Part shown: positions 10,619 through 24,345 of the stretch, piece by piece
How positions within the stretch are numbered: position 1 is the stretch's first letter
Layout of the letters: every line of letters begins with the position of its first letter
Assembly (NCBI GenBank): GCA_036172245.1
Contig: JAYWIR010000002.1
Span: forward strand, 6,262,001-6,326,000
DNA length: 64,000 nucleotides
Source of the DNA: Raillietiella orientalis
Lineage: Eukaryota
Direction of reading: 5' to 3'
The notes under the pieces: generated by a model
Told to the model about the DNA's origin: nothing
Database searches by the model: none
Seen by the model: only the letters and a program-made list of their open reading frames with translations
Made by a program: the position numbers and the translations under genes

Positions 10619-13600
10619 TCATACAAAATACTGCAAGCCGGTCACCAAAAGAAACTTCTCGATAAATAATTCCGAATCCAGTACGGCGATATGTGCTGCG
10701 CGACCTATGAGGGAGTTGGCAGTGGTAGGGAGGGAGTAATAAACGTCGTAACGCAACAAGTTAACTCTGGTGTTCCTTTTTATGGGTTGGAGGATGAGGT
10801 CTACCATCTGACGATAGGCCAGCCCCAACGCAGAGTTGTCTTTACTACCTTCGCAGCACAACTCGATGCGCGCGGAGTGCAGGGGCACGTACCTATCTTG
10901 CGCGGAGCCGAACAACAGAATGTTTCGAAAGCGATGCAGCTGCGAAGTGGCCGCCAGCCGATAGAGGAACGCGTCGCTGGCGTTGGGAGCATCTCGCAGC
11001 ATGAGCTGCAGGAGGGACATGGAACGCTTCAGCTTCTGCATGACCCAAAGACCTGTCGACACCAGCTGGCTCGAGTTGTACAAAGTGCCCAAGTGAGGCC
11101 CTGACAAGGACAGATAGGTGTGGAGCTTATCCAAAAGAAAGACCATGTCGGGATGGGCGATGGCCGCCCGGACCAGTATCGCTCCCAAGGAATGGCCGAT
11201 GAAGCTGATACGCGACGGTTTCAGCTCGCGCTCGCAGTCGATGATCTCCGCGACCAGGCGGTTGGACATGTCTTCCAAGGAAGCGAACGTGTCCTCCTCA
11301 TTGCAGTCCGACATCAGGAACTGCAAGTTGGAAGAGGGGAGGGCAATTTCCAAATACGCCCGCAGGAGGCGTAGGTCACCGCTATTTCCGTCCAAACCGT
11401 GAACGCATATCACTAGGTGAACGCCCCTGCTGATCCAGTCGAGAGGCATCTCGCCGGCGTTAAAGTACGGAAGAGAACAAGTCTGGCGAGGTAAATCACT
11501 GTACAAGCGGAAGGGGATGTTTCGTCGGACACGCTCTTTCGCTTTATGGAACTGTTCTATCAAGCTTGCCTCCGCAACAGAAAACGGATGGATGGGATCG
11601 GTGCCTCGGGGTTCCTCGTCATTGCACACGTAGGGGTTTTTATAAAACCTGTGGTCAAAACATTGAGGTTTCATCTGCCCTGGTCTCATCTCTTGGGCCT
11701 TTGTACGCACGTTGACAGAATGCACACGATGCACTTGTGCTTCCGCGGTCTCATGGAAATTATCCCTGTATTCAAGAGGTGGAGGAACATCCACGGACTC
11801 GGAGATCCTTCGGGATATCTCACAGGTCGAGATCCCGGGGTCTTTCTGCTCGGTATCCAAATGCATTTTTGAAAAGCGGGGTTTTCGGCTTAGGTACCGG
11901 GGTTCTTCACCAACGCAACCAACTAAATTTGGCATCGATTTGCTACTGGACGGCATTTTCCGATTCCAAGATTCGCTATCTAAGTTGAGGTGGGCCAGCA
12001 TATGCTGGGTCGCAGATAGGGAGCGGTTGGAGTCAACGAGACGGTAGCTAAGCAGCACTACATCTTCGTGATTCCTAGGAATCCCGTTTGGCAGCACTTC
12101 TCCTTGGAGTTTGTCACTGCTGACAGCATAGCTTCGCCCTTTGATACCCAACTGCTTGGGAGAGAGGCATGCAGATGTAATTCCCAACCACTGCGTTGCA
12201 CCTGCCACTGACATTTTCAAGCAGCGACTTGGTCCCCCAGAAATCGAGTTGCAGCGCACATTTGCATGGATTGGTTTACTGAGAAGGGAAAGAGAGATTC
12301 TCCAAGATGCTTCATCAGTGTACCTGGTCTCCGGTTTCTCTCTTGTCAACGATCGACGACAGGCGAATTTGCCTACTTCTTGGTATTGATCCTCAAAAAT
12401 AAGAGGAAGAGTGTCTCCCGTACCGTCCAAAAGCATGCACTCGACTGGCAATGGAGGCAACATGGCTAAATAAGTTGAGCGGCGCACTTGTTCAGCAAAT
12501 TTGAAGTGTCCGAGGCCATGACCGTCGAATCCACCACAGAGGGCAGAACGGGGATTATCTTCAGTAAAAAAGCCCTCAGCAAATCTGCTCACCTAGAAAA
12601 CCATTTACAAAATCCAAAGTTTTACCGACTCCGATCTAACCCTCAAATCATGGTGCTGTTGAGCCAAATAAGTTTTAATGACATCTTGCCCGACAAATGT
12701 ATCTACAAATTTGCGCCATGCCAATAGATTGGAAGAGCCTAAGCATGTCAAGGAAGCGCTGCTCAGTTCCACAAGTTCTTCTTCTGTTGCACATCCCTGA
12801 GCTCTCTGGAGAAGCTGGCTCAACTCATTGCTAAAATCGCGCTGATTCGGTGGACAACGTAGCCAGGGTTTCAAAAGAGCTGTGAACTGCTGTTCTACTG
12901 TCTGTAAGCCTTCACCAGTAATCAAGAGAATGGTGCTCAGATTATTCAACGTCTGCAAACCCTGTGACAAACGTAATGGACCACCTACAGAATGGGGAAT
13001 CTATGTCACAGGTATCTTTAGGGCTCATAATTCATGTGCACCTGACTGCCAAAGAGCATATTTTCCATGGTTGGTAAATCAACAGGAGGAATGAGCCAAT
13101 TCAGTTTGCTGGGCTTTGGCCTGAAATGTCATAAATTAATCAAAGTTCTCTGATCTTTAAATCTCCATTTTACTCACCTCACAATACCCTGAGATCCCTT
13201 CCTATAAGATCAGCATTCAGAAATATCTTTTACATCAAAGCCCCACACATATGCACATCATATGCAACTTACATGATGTAAGGCTCCTGCAAAGCTAACA
13301 ACATCCCATGGATGGAAAGTGACACAGCACACATGTGAAAGTAATCAAAGAGCACAGGCAGGTGATAATGTAGAGCAAAACTTGGATTAAGATGCAAACT
13401 TAGTGTGCGGGAGGCCACACATGCTAGAGAAGGGGGGTCATCTGCTAGATACTCAGAAAACCAAAGCTCAAGAACCAATTCTAATCCACACCTTTCAATA
13501 CTCTCATTAACCTGAAACACTGTGAGTTCTAGTACATCTGGCATCACTCACCTTGGAGCTGTCAACCAACAATTGCACTTGAAAACATGCTAAATCATCA

Positions 13601-16600
13601 ATATCGGCAGCTTCATTGCAATAAAGCACAAGACAAGGTCTACACAATACCCAGCCATCCACTGAACTGGCTTTAGAAAAATGATTATCTGGAAATGAAA
13701 ACATGTCACTTAGAAATGTCATGTCACTGACAGCCTCTTAGAAAGAACACGTCAACAAGATGGAATGATGAACAAATATAGCAAGCACACTCTAAGTAGT
13801 AAACAGTATGATGACAATTTACGTTATCGAGTTTTCCATTACATATGAAAAAGAATTCACCTATCTTCACTTTCAAACTCCTTGTATATGATATACAGCA
13901 AAAAAAATCAAAGCTTTGAAAGAAAAAAAAAAATTTGAACTGATATGATACCTTGTACATAATACGATTTGAGCCCTCAAGTGAAAAAGAGTATACATAA
14001 TTCAGAAGCACCTTGTTTTTCAAATTGCTGCCATGCAAAATCAGGGTGTTCCTTATTCAAGGATTTCATTTAGGAAAATTCATGTGTGATCAACTTGCAT
14101 GCCCTGTGACAAGTGAATACAGAGGACAAAATTAATCACATAAATGCAAGCATCCAATGGAGCAGAGATATGGCATGCACACCTTCAATTATGTTGGTAC
14201 TGCCGAATTCTAAAATTTCATTTTCATCCAATTTCCCCCTAAATGGAGGGACTACGGAATTTAAATAAACGTGGCAATTTATAATCAACTGAAACAAATG
14301 TTTAAAAAAGAGTGGAATTTTTTCATTTAAATTACTAAAATTAATATTTCTTGTAGCTGCCATGGAAAATCAGAAAGAAAAAAAACAATAGAAGGTGAGG
14401 TTTCCAATGATTGATGTCCACCTAATTCCTCAAACAAAATACATCATACCACAAACATTCAAAACGCTGAAAAGTATGAAATTTAAAAAACTCTTGAAAA
14501 TTAAACAATGAGACTATAGAGTGAATGCCAAGAATAGTTTCCACTTGATTCAAAAATGGCAAACTTTAGTATCATAGATAGTAAAAAACAGAAAGGGAAC
14601 TCATAATACATATAAGAATATGTATGCACAATGATGCAACAAACTTACACAAAGCCTCTTGTATGTACGTATACCCAACACGATGAAAAATTTTTCGGAA
14701 CATGAAACATTCATTTGCAAATTAGTAAACTGGGCAAGAGATGTCATAAATCAACAGATTCCTAAATCAGATACATTTCATAAGGGAATTCGAAAAACTC
14801 TTCTAAAATACGGTCAACTTAAAGTATAAGTAACTATTTAAATATGTATAAGAAAAATGGAAAAATTCAAACTACAGAAAGTTTTTACTCCAATCAGATC
14901 CTAATAACTTAATAGTGTTTTGAAGTGAAATTGAGGCATTTTCTGTGGAAAACTTTCGTAACACAAAATCAAATCAACTCCCAAAAGTCAATGCAAACGG
15001 AAATTCTCTAAGGAAATAAAAATAAGTGATGCATGTAAATCATTAAAATAATAGACACCAAATTGGAAAACAAATGTTCTAATGGACAAAGATCATACCT
15101 ACAGGATTACAAACACATCTTTAAAATAAAACCTTAATACACAGTTGGATAACTTTTGCTCTGGTACTCAGCTGTTCCTCCAGTCAATACGTTTATAGCG
15201 AATACTTGATGCTCTCAGAGGCTCAAAGATAAACAAACATTAAATTGAAGGCTCATAATTCAGATACTCGAATGACACTTTTCGAACAGGTGCACAAGCA
15301 GAAAATATCAAAATTGCAAATGCAAGAAGTGTTGAAGTAAACATCTGCTAAGAAATCATCCAATTCATCCAATCTCAGAGTACTTTGTAACTGAGATTTT
15401 AAAGAGCTAACTTCCTACTTCACAAAAGCATCATTTACTATAGACATCCGAAACCACAGAATTGCAAAGGTTTTTATTCCTTATCATCAATTGCAAAATC
15501 CGTAAATACAATTCATTCTGAGATGCTCCTAAATGAAATTATTCATCCTCTTCATTCTAGCTTTGGTAAATTAAATTTCGAATTATTCGCTCCAATTTAA
15601 AACATCTATATAGCTGTCTATCAAAACACAATAGATTCTTAGCAATGAGCAGTACGGATCAAGTGTTGCTTACACAATTACTTCTGTCCTTGCCAATAGA
15701 TGTTGCATCTCCCTCTCTCCACAACTGTGCAAATAAACTTCAAGAATGATGACCTGCCTTAAAAGAACTGAAAAGAAAGTACTGTACAGAATACCAACAC
15801 TCTATAATGGAGGGATGCAAAAAATCTCTTGTGCAGCTCAAAAACTCAAGCAGGAGCCATACTAACATGGTTACAGAACAAAGATTTTTCCCATAGATAT
15901 ACAACTGTTCATCATTAATCACTTCACCACAAGGTATTATCAGTCTCCAGAATTGTCAGTAGTAAAGACACGATGGAGCTCAGGAAAGTATGCATATATG
16001 AGACATCTTTTCTGCAATGACACATAAGTTCATACCCCTATGCAAAAACATTAGCTTATAAGCTTGCATCTCATGCCACCCCTCTAAACAAAGGGAGCAT
16101 AATAAAGATATGATTGTAGTAACAGAAATAACAGGCAGATATAGTGGCTAGTTTGCAGAGACGCTTATATATAACATAGTTTTTAAATTATTTAAACAGA
16201 AATGGAAGCAAACAGAGAAGATGAAGAAAACAAAACAGCCAAGCTTCATAGCTTGGCTGATTAACGTACTCTTATCAAAGAGTATGTTAACAGAAGTTAT
16301 ACTACATGCTGTGATGGGAAATATCACAGAGGAAAGAAGGAAAATCCAAGATTGATGACCACACTGTGGTTACTCATAAGCTGCATGTACAAAAACAAAA
16401 CAGAAAGTGTTTGCATAGAAAATAAGTAATGTCAGACTTGGGAAATGAATAGCCATATGCTTTCAACATCATTCACTCATAACAGCCACAAAGAAACTGT
16501 ACGTGAAAAGAAGCACCAAGTTCTATCAGACTCATCTTCACAACATAATTCGACAATCACACAAAATATGATTTTGTAGTTTATCTCTTTTTTTTGTAAT

Positions 16601-19600
16601 CCTTCGTGAATAGACATGTGAATTTCACTTAAAAACAAACGATATTTATCTTTTACTGTTTTTTTTTCAATGAAAATGGAATGCGTATTTGTTTCAGTAA
16701 AAATTTCTCGACTAATCCATAAATTTGTCGAATTAATCGAATTTCTCGATTAACTTGACAAAACTCTTAAGCCTCAAACAAAATTCCATGACTTATGGTC
16801 CTCTAAACCACCTTGTACAGAATCTGGGTTTAATATCAACTACTGAAAAGGTGCAATGCATTCACAGAACCTTAGATTTTACCAGGCAACCTTAGATCTA
16901 ATTTCTGATCTGCATCAAAATTTGTTTTGGATCTTTATTTCAGGAAGATGGATGCATCTGAACGTATCAGTTCTGGAGAGAATAAAAAGAATATCTAGAT
17001 ATCTTTTCTGCAAAATATAGACATCATAAATTGCATTACAATAGGTCTCCCCAAACTGATTTTTCAAATTTAATAAAATATAGAATAGAAACCATCTTTT
17101 CTTGCTAAATTTAATCATGAAAAACTATGATTTCAGACATGTAATTAATAGAAGACCATAATGCAAAGGATAACTCTTGCAATCATTTGCTTAGTTGCCA
17201 CATAATCCATGAAACCTGTATCAATCGCTTTTACCTATATGTTAGACTGATTTTTATCCATGGTATAAAATAGTATTTCTAAGTTGAATCCTCCATTTAA
17301 GCAAGAGAATATCTTATTTTTTTGGAATACTAAATGTGATCCCTGTACTTTGGAATTTCTATTCCCCTTTTCAAATGCATTACCATATTAATTTTAGCAA
17401 GTCTTATACTTGACATACTCTGCAGTCCACTTCATTGCACCTCAAACCTTCATTGCATTTCACCTATCAGGAACTCAAACTCATATTCCTTCTTCTCATG
17501 CATTCCTACCTACTTGTACATTTAGCAAAGGAAGAGCTCAAACTTTTTTGCATTGCTTTTGGATTCCAGAATTCGTTTCCATCCTGATAAAATATCTGTA
17601 CGCTCTAGATTTTCATCTTTATTCTATCATTAGATCAAGTGTGATCAACAAAAATCCAGAAACTTGAAATGTGATATGATCACATGCATGCCAGATCTAA
17701 AATAAAACTGCTGTAAAGCAGTTTAAAAATTACTATACATGTACACAATCACAGAAACACAAAACAACGGACATAAAAACTTTGAAAAGAAAACTTAGAG
17801 TCTGGAAATTGTGGTGGCTGCTAAATCACAAAACAAGCAACTATGACATTCCCTGCCAGGAATCCAATCTGCCAACATCCCTTAAAATCAATAAATACAT
17901 GCAAGTTGAACTCAAGAAACTCCTGAAGTAAAACATGAAAGCAATAACTTTAAATGCGACAAAAATTCAAACCATCTACAAATGAATTAATCAATACACT
18001 TTCATCAATATAGAAAATTTACTTGCCACACACAAAAGTTAACTTTTCTTGCCAAATCTCTGGCTCATTTACTCTGCTATTATTTGCTCTCCATCTGTTC
18101 ACTTGAGATACATTTGATAAATGCTTCAAAAATATCGTATGATACTATTGGCTAATTTATATAATTAAATAATAAAAGGTACAAAATGTATTGCACATAA
18201 CATTTTCATATGGTATTATTTAGTGGCATTAGTTACTCAAAGTTAAAGACTTTTAAATGAAACAAATACATGATGTCTGTTACTTTCCAAAGCACAGGAA
18301 CTCAAATGGAAGCAGCATATATCAAATACAAAATTAATTACTTCCATAGGATTCGGACTTATTTTTGTTTTAACTGCTCAAAAAGTGAGCACAAATATAC
18401 ATATATGTGTGTATTGGAGTAGCACATAAACATATATCACATATAGTATTTATGCTAATTAAAGCAATTCATCTTCTCTGATTTCTGCTGACAGTTCTTT
18501 ATTAAAAAAATTAAAATCATTATTCCTAGGGCACTACATAAAAATTACAAATGATAAAATCAAATCAATTTCCATTGAATTAGTTTCCAATTTCACGAAT
18601 TAATTTTTATTCTTAAAAATGCCAGAAAAATTTGTAACAAAATAGAATTTTCTATAATGCATAGAAACCTTTTCAAATAAGGAATACATCCGCATAAAAA
18701 TCCTATAATTGGTCACAAAGCGCATGCTTTGTGACCAATTGTGACATTCATCAGACTTTGTGATATTGCTTTGTGACATTCATCAGATCAGTAATGCTCA
18801 TAAGATCAGTAGCTGCTAAGAGTCCTTAGGGCATTATCATCATCAAAATAGAAAATAAAGAAAGCATCAATAAATGCTTAATAGCACTGTTTCCTCTGCT
18901 TGCAATTTAACATAAAAGACTATTGCCTTGAAGTGTGTGTTCCACCAGTAATTACTTCACAATACTTGTAAGTTCAGAAATATAGTGCCTATGATAACAA
19001 AAATCTAGGCATATACATGAAAACCTATTGATGAAAAAAAAAAAAAAAAAAAATCAATTGAAAGCCCTAGCCACTAAAGTTCCAACCAAACTGAATGTGA
19101 ATTCATTTTCAGCATTATGATTAGTATTATGATTAGCTTATTAGAAATTAAACTATCAATGTCAGAAACAAATGACTGTGCTTTTAAAATATTTAGGAAT
19201 CAAGCTTTCTAAGTAAGCAGTACTCACAGGAATTTCACTAGACTTCTATCTTTCCTAAAAAAAACACCATCATACAGGGGTGCAGTGTATGCTTCATTCT
19301 TGCCAATTAAAAGCATCTGTTTCAGATAGCAAATGAATATTAAAATTATGCATCATAGCAATGTGACACTTGACAATAGTACTGCATGTCAATGTTCTTA
19401 TTTCAATTCAAGTGACAACAAATATTCATTCATCCTACTGGCTAGCAATTCCAGTTAAAAAAACTAAACGAAAAGAACTTTAAAACAAACCAATAGATCA
19501 ATTAAATTCATTTTCTCTTCATCCCCATTCCTTTTCACCTCAATATTTGAATCAACTTTTGGAATATGTATTAAATTAAGTTTTCCTTTTAAAAGATCCT

Positions 19601-19982
19601 GATTTTTTCAATTAACAAACTTCAATAAAGTTTCGATTATAACCATTTAGAATGAATTCATGATTTGTGATTCAAAGGCTAGTGATTAACCAAACTCTCA
19701 CGTCATGACAGCTTACATCTGATTTCAATAGTCATTAAGTACACAAACGCGTGTTGTTTACACGTAAACTTGCCTTTCGTTTTAAGAATTGCTTCAATTT
19801 TGTCTGTTGTTTTTGATGAGGTTTTCATACTAGCCCTAATTTGATAGATGCTGGGGGAAAATGATTTAATAGATAATACCAAACGAAGAAGGAATCGCAT
19901 CTTACCCTCTTTGGAACAGGTCAATATTAAAGAACTTGTGGAAATACACGTAGAATTCCAGCAATGCTTGAAGGTCACCCAT
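10619..19982 (-). CDS. FAM135: FAM135 family protein with C-terminal DUF676 lipase-like alpha/beta-hydrolase domain. Coding exons 19982-19906, 19850-19774, 13688-13552, 13511-13273, 13201-13178, 13120-13042, 12961-12641 (acceptor uncertain, alternative 12984), 12592-10619; ~975 aa
   Basis: N-terminus [132 protein letters not shown]; C-terminal ANSLIGRAAHIAVLDSELFIEKF. Exon phases add to an intact frame of 2928 nt. Confidence 0.93.
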
Positions 19983-20131
19983 TAATGGCAAGATGAAGCG
20001 TTATAGTCAAATCTGTGATAAAAAGTTAAAACGAACTCATTTAGGGAATGGTACTTCAATAAGGTGGATGGCAACTGATGGCAACTCATGTTATTTTTAA
20101 TTAAGTATAATCCTGTAATCTAATTCCTTAC

Positions 20132-20208
20132 CTGTACAAAGAGATCACAGCATAATTCAGAATTTCCACGTTAATTTTCAAATCCCTTTGATGGACTCAA
20201 GGAGATAA
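20132..20208 (-). other. Probable non-coding 5' UTR exon of FAM135-like gene
   Basis: Acceptor ccttttgcag and strong donor CAG|gtaagg. The ATG-containing exon has its own acceptor (tttatcacag, exon start 20012), which implies an upstream exon. Confidence 0.55.
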
Positions 20209-20899
20209 CTGCAAAAGGATGCATAACACAACTATTTCGAAAATCGAAAAACTAAAACTCAATGGAAACTGTTATTTTCGTTTTCTGTATAAACAGGCTT
20301 ATGATTGCAGGCTGTTCGAATACGAGTAAATACCGATACTTTGCTGTTTCCATCCCTTTAAGTGGCCAAAATAAAAATCTTTCCAAATAAAATAACACAC
20401 TAGGAGTGCACATAAGATTTACGATTTTGCAAGTTTTCATATACTCAAGAGCATTGTTTAGATTGCACCTAAAAAATCACAGTCTTATTCCATTAGAAGC
20501 GAACAAATTTCTTTTGAAATTTAATACTTCAAATATTGAGAATTGCCAAGCGCAAACATGTTTTCCTATTGCACAATTTTTTCCCTTAAGAAGAGACACT
20601 ATGAAATCAGAAGTTCTCTTTAATAACCCTTAAGCAAGATTAAACAAATAAAAATAAATAAATCAAATACAATAATAATCCATCCAGGGGATAAAATAGC
20701 TAGCAAATAGAAAAACTAAAACTTTGGGCCAATTGAAGAACATACGTGTTTCAAAATCTATTTTGAATTAACCTGAAATCCTAAAACTATACTACATAGC
20801 ATATGATTACTTGATTATTTATATACTTGAATCTATACTTTTTTGTATGAATGGGGACCGAACTTCAGGACAACTTAGGATTAGGATTCTCGAAACTTC

Positions 20900-23800
20900 G
20901 AAAAAGACTCACTTCATTGGAGGCAATTAAGAGATAGTGGGTCAAACGGAGCAGTTTGTAAAATTTTACTTTGATTTCCAGACCCTCATAAACAAATAAT
21001 AAGAAAATCCTTTAAAATTAGGACATTGCAACCAGTTTTGGATAGGTATACTTGCTAATGACCTATATTCTAAACAACTTTTAGATTGCCATGTTTTCAA
21101 AAATTTCATCACAGATTTTATGAATTATTTGAAGTCAGGTGCTTCACTGTTTTGAGATTTATGTCTCCTAATATTCTCCAGCATGTTATTAAGATGAATC
21201 CTTGAAAATAATTTTAAGAGACAGAGATAATACAATTTCATTTGCTAATAGCACACAAGTGGGAAAATGCAACTGCAAGAATACAAAGGAGGGAATTTAT
21301 GATCACACTGAATTGTTTAGAAAATAAGAAAGAAATAAGACTTTCATATCTTTAAATCATTAGTGATCCAAGGAAATTGACGAATTTCAGTTTAGGGAAT
21401 GTTTGAAATATAAAATTGCTTTGGAAGATCTGTTAGAAATCTTAGCCAGACGAATCCCTAAAACAACACACACGTCCATTTAGAAATGAACCAATAAAGA
21501 AAATGCACACAAAATACTTAAAACAGCGTATACGTCCTTGAAGATCCACATACAACTGTAAATATTCCAATAGAAATGTGCATAATTCTTGAATATCTGG
21601 TTCGTCTTTAATAATCACCTAAAAGGAAAGATTTGACGCATTCGATTTCTTTATGGATGAAGAACACCGAGAATACTAATCACTAAATACGATGAAATTA
21701 GCAATTTCATTAGTATATATACCACACGTAGCATATTCTTGATAAATAATTAAATGCAAACGTGCCATTCTGGTATTTTGCAAATACGCATATATAGACG
21801 CATTTATATTATATTGCATCCACACTTTAATACATAATACATTACAGCTACAGTTGTAATGTGTAATCGAGTATGCTTCTGAACTTGGCTTTCTGAAATA
21901 AAAATAAAATCGATCTATGAATGAGGAATGAATATACCTTTGTAGGGATAACATTGATACACTATTGCATGCATATTATATACACACATCTACTTTAGAA
22001 AAGTTAATTGTGTGTGTAGGTAAGCTATGTACAATTTTCGGTAGCACATACAAAAATTGACAACAACAGAGGTAAAACGATTCATCAGAAAAAAGTTGAA
22101 ATAATGTTCACCGCGATCATATTCGCGAATCTTTAAGGAATGAATGTATTTCAAATAATATTAAAACTTGTTTGTAAAACAAATAATACTTCTCTATCAA
22201 GTTTCTTAATAAGGAACTTTCTTAGAAAAGTTTCAACTTGCATAAAAATAACTTCATGCGTTGTAAGAAGCCAGTGATTTCGATGACTTTTTCAATCTGA
22301 TTGACAAAGCAAAAAATGAATTGATAATCGAAAGATGTTTAAATGTAATTTCGAAAGGAACTCTTTGCATAATACGAAATACGTATTGAATCGCCGAGTT
22401 CCAAATTGAATTCGTTTTCAATTTAATATCTTGAAGTTTGTTTTTTTTTCTCTACAAGCAGACCCTGCACAAAGAACGAATCTTCGGTAAATGCTTTATT
22501 TTGCTTATATTGCGCATTGCCAAGTCATTAGCTGTATGTGCAATATTGAGAGCTGAGTATTGCAGTTTAATTACTTTTCGATATTTTACATGTATGATGG
22601 TATTAAGTTTGAAATTTCATATTTAGGTGTGGAGTATTTTCATATCTACTCATGCTGTTCGAAGGTCCATTTCCAGTTATGATTTCCAAGATCTTTAGAT
22701 ACTGATTTGCAACAAAATTCAGTGTTTGTCCTAATGATAAACTCAATATATGAAAATAATAAGCTATTTTACTATCTTAAACCCAGTATTTTATATCTTC
22801 CAAGCACCCTTTCATCTCAGGTTTGCGCAAAAAGAATGGAAGAAAAATTCTGGGCTCGTTCATTTAGTAAGCAGTAATATCATTCTTGCTTGTAAATGCA
22901 TCTTGTTTCTCTAGTCAACGTTTTGTTCCATCTCAACATAGATTAACAGGGACGGCTAAAATTCAAGAGGAGAGTGCCACCAGAATATAATTTATCAAGG
23001 AAATCGGGAATCTTCACGGACTTATTGCAAAATGCTTTAAATGTGCATTATGTCAGACTTCGGCTTCTGTTTCAGCTGCCGAGCACATCTCCAAAATAGA
23101 GAGACGACAAGAAACACGCGCATTCAAAACATTAAGCTTTAAATACTTCTAGGACGTTTTTTTTTTTGGGTGTGTGTGTATGTGTGTCGTCAATTTCATG
23201 ATGGGATACCTGATTTCAGTGCATTGCTGATGGTAATTCCTGAGATGACAAAGATACGCATCGATAGTATAAATAAAAATAGCTTACCTCTTTTCCACGT
23301 TCTGTTTTTTTTTTTTTTTCCTTCTACTCGCCCATCAATCGTATTAATTCTCGATAGATTCAAGTGTGTATAAAGGAACTTGAAGTGGCATTGTTTTGCT
23401 CAGTGTTAGGCATTGTACGGAACCTTGCGGAAGCGTTTGTTCCTGCTGCTGAACACTTAAGAGTGCCATAAGAACGGGTGTCTTGTTTTGGCATGTGTTA
23501 ACTTCCGAATACTTAAGCTCGTGTTCTGTTAAGCAGGTGTGATATTCAGGGAAGACGATTGTACATAATGAACTTTTTTTAAAAATAATAATAATAATAA
23601 TAACTTGTGCTGTACGATCAATAGTTGCATAGTCAAAGTTGCCTTCAGTGATTAAAAGTCGTAGCTTTGCTGTGTTCACTAAAGGTTGAGACGTGTGTGA
23701 AAGCGCTCCAATTATCTCTTTTGCAATCGAGTTTATGAAAACAAACTTTATGGTGAATGCAGTGTGAAATTTTAATTCCAAAATCTGGTCCAGATTTGAA

Positions 23801-24300
23801 ATGTGCTTGGAAAAGATGACCCCATCTGTTGAATGTGTTATGAATTAAATAAAGATTCTTTATGTTGTGTTTGCAAGTGGACCTGCAGATAGTTTCGAAA
23901 ATAGTGTGTCAGATTTGTTATTTATTTGAATTAGATATGTCTTTTCTTTTCATATAGGTTTGCGTTTTTTCTTTAATCATTAATCCATTTGTGATCTCAG
24001 TTTTTCTAATGAATTTAATGAAAGCCCACTAAAAGAACGTATATCCAATTCAAAGCAGTAACATATTGTTCATCGACCATATTGAAAAATAGAGCTAAAA
24101 CATATACTTTGGTAAATGTGTTGATAACCATGTATCAAGTGCCCCATTTGCGTTATGCTAAGCTGAAACAAATAAACATTTGTCATTTTGTTATGTAGAA
24201 ATTATTTCATGCCACGTTATGTTATAAAGAAATGAATTAGACTAGTGACTGAAAGATGAAATGGTATTTCTTATGATTGTTACAACATAATTAAAATTCG
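20900..24300. promoter_or_regulatory. Interval containing the divergent promoter(s) and 5' UTRs of FAM135-like (-) and RPRD1-like (+)
   Basis: Head-to-head genes with ATGs at 19982 and 24346, both ATG exons preceded by splice acceptors. The interval is AT-rich but retains many CpGs, unlike the flanking gene bodies. TSS positions not determined. Confidence 0.5.
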
Positions 24301-24345
24301 CCTTGAAATTCGAGTTCATCTTATTCATTTAATGTAGGGTGTAAT

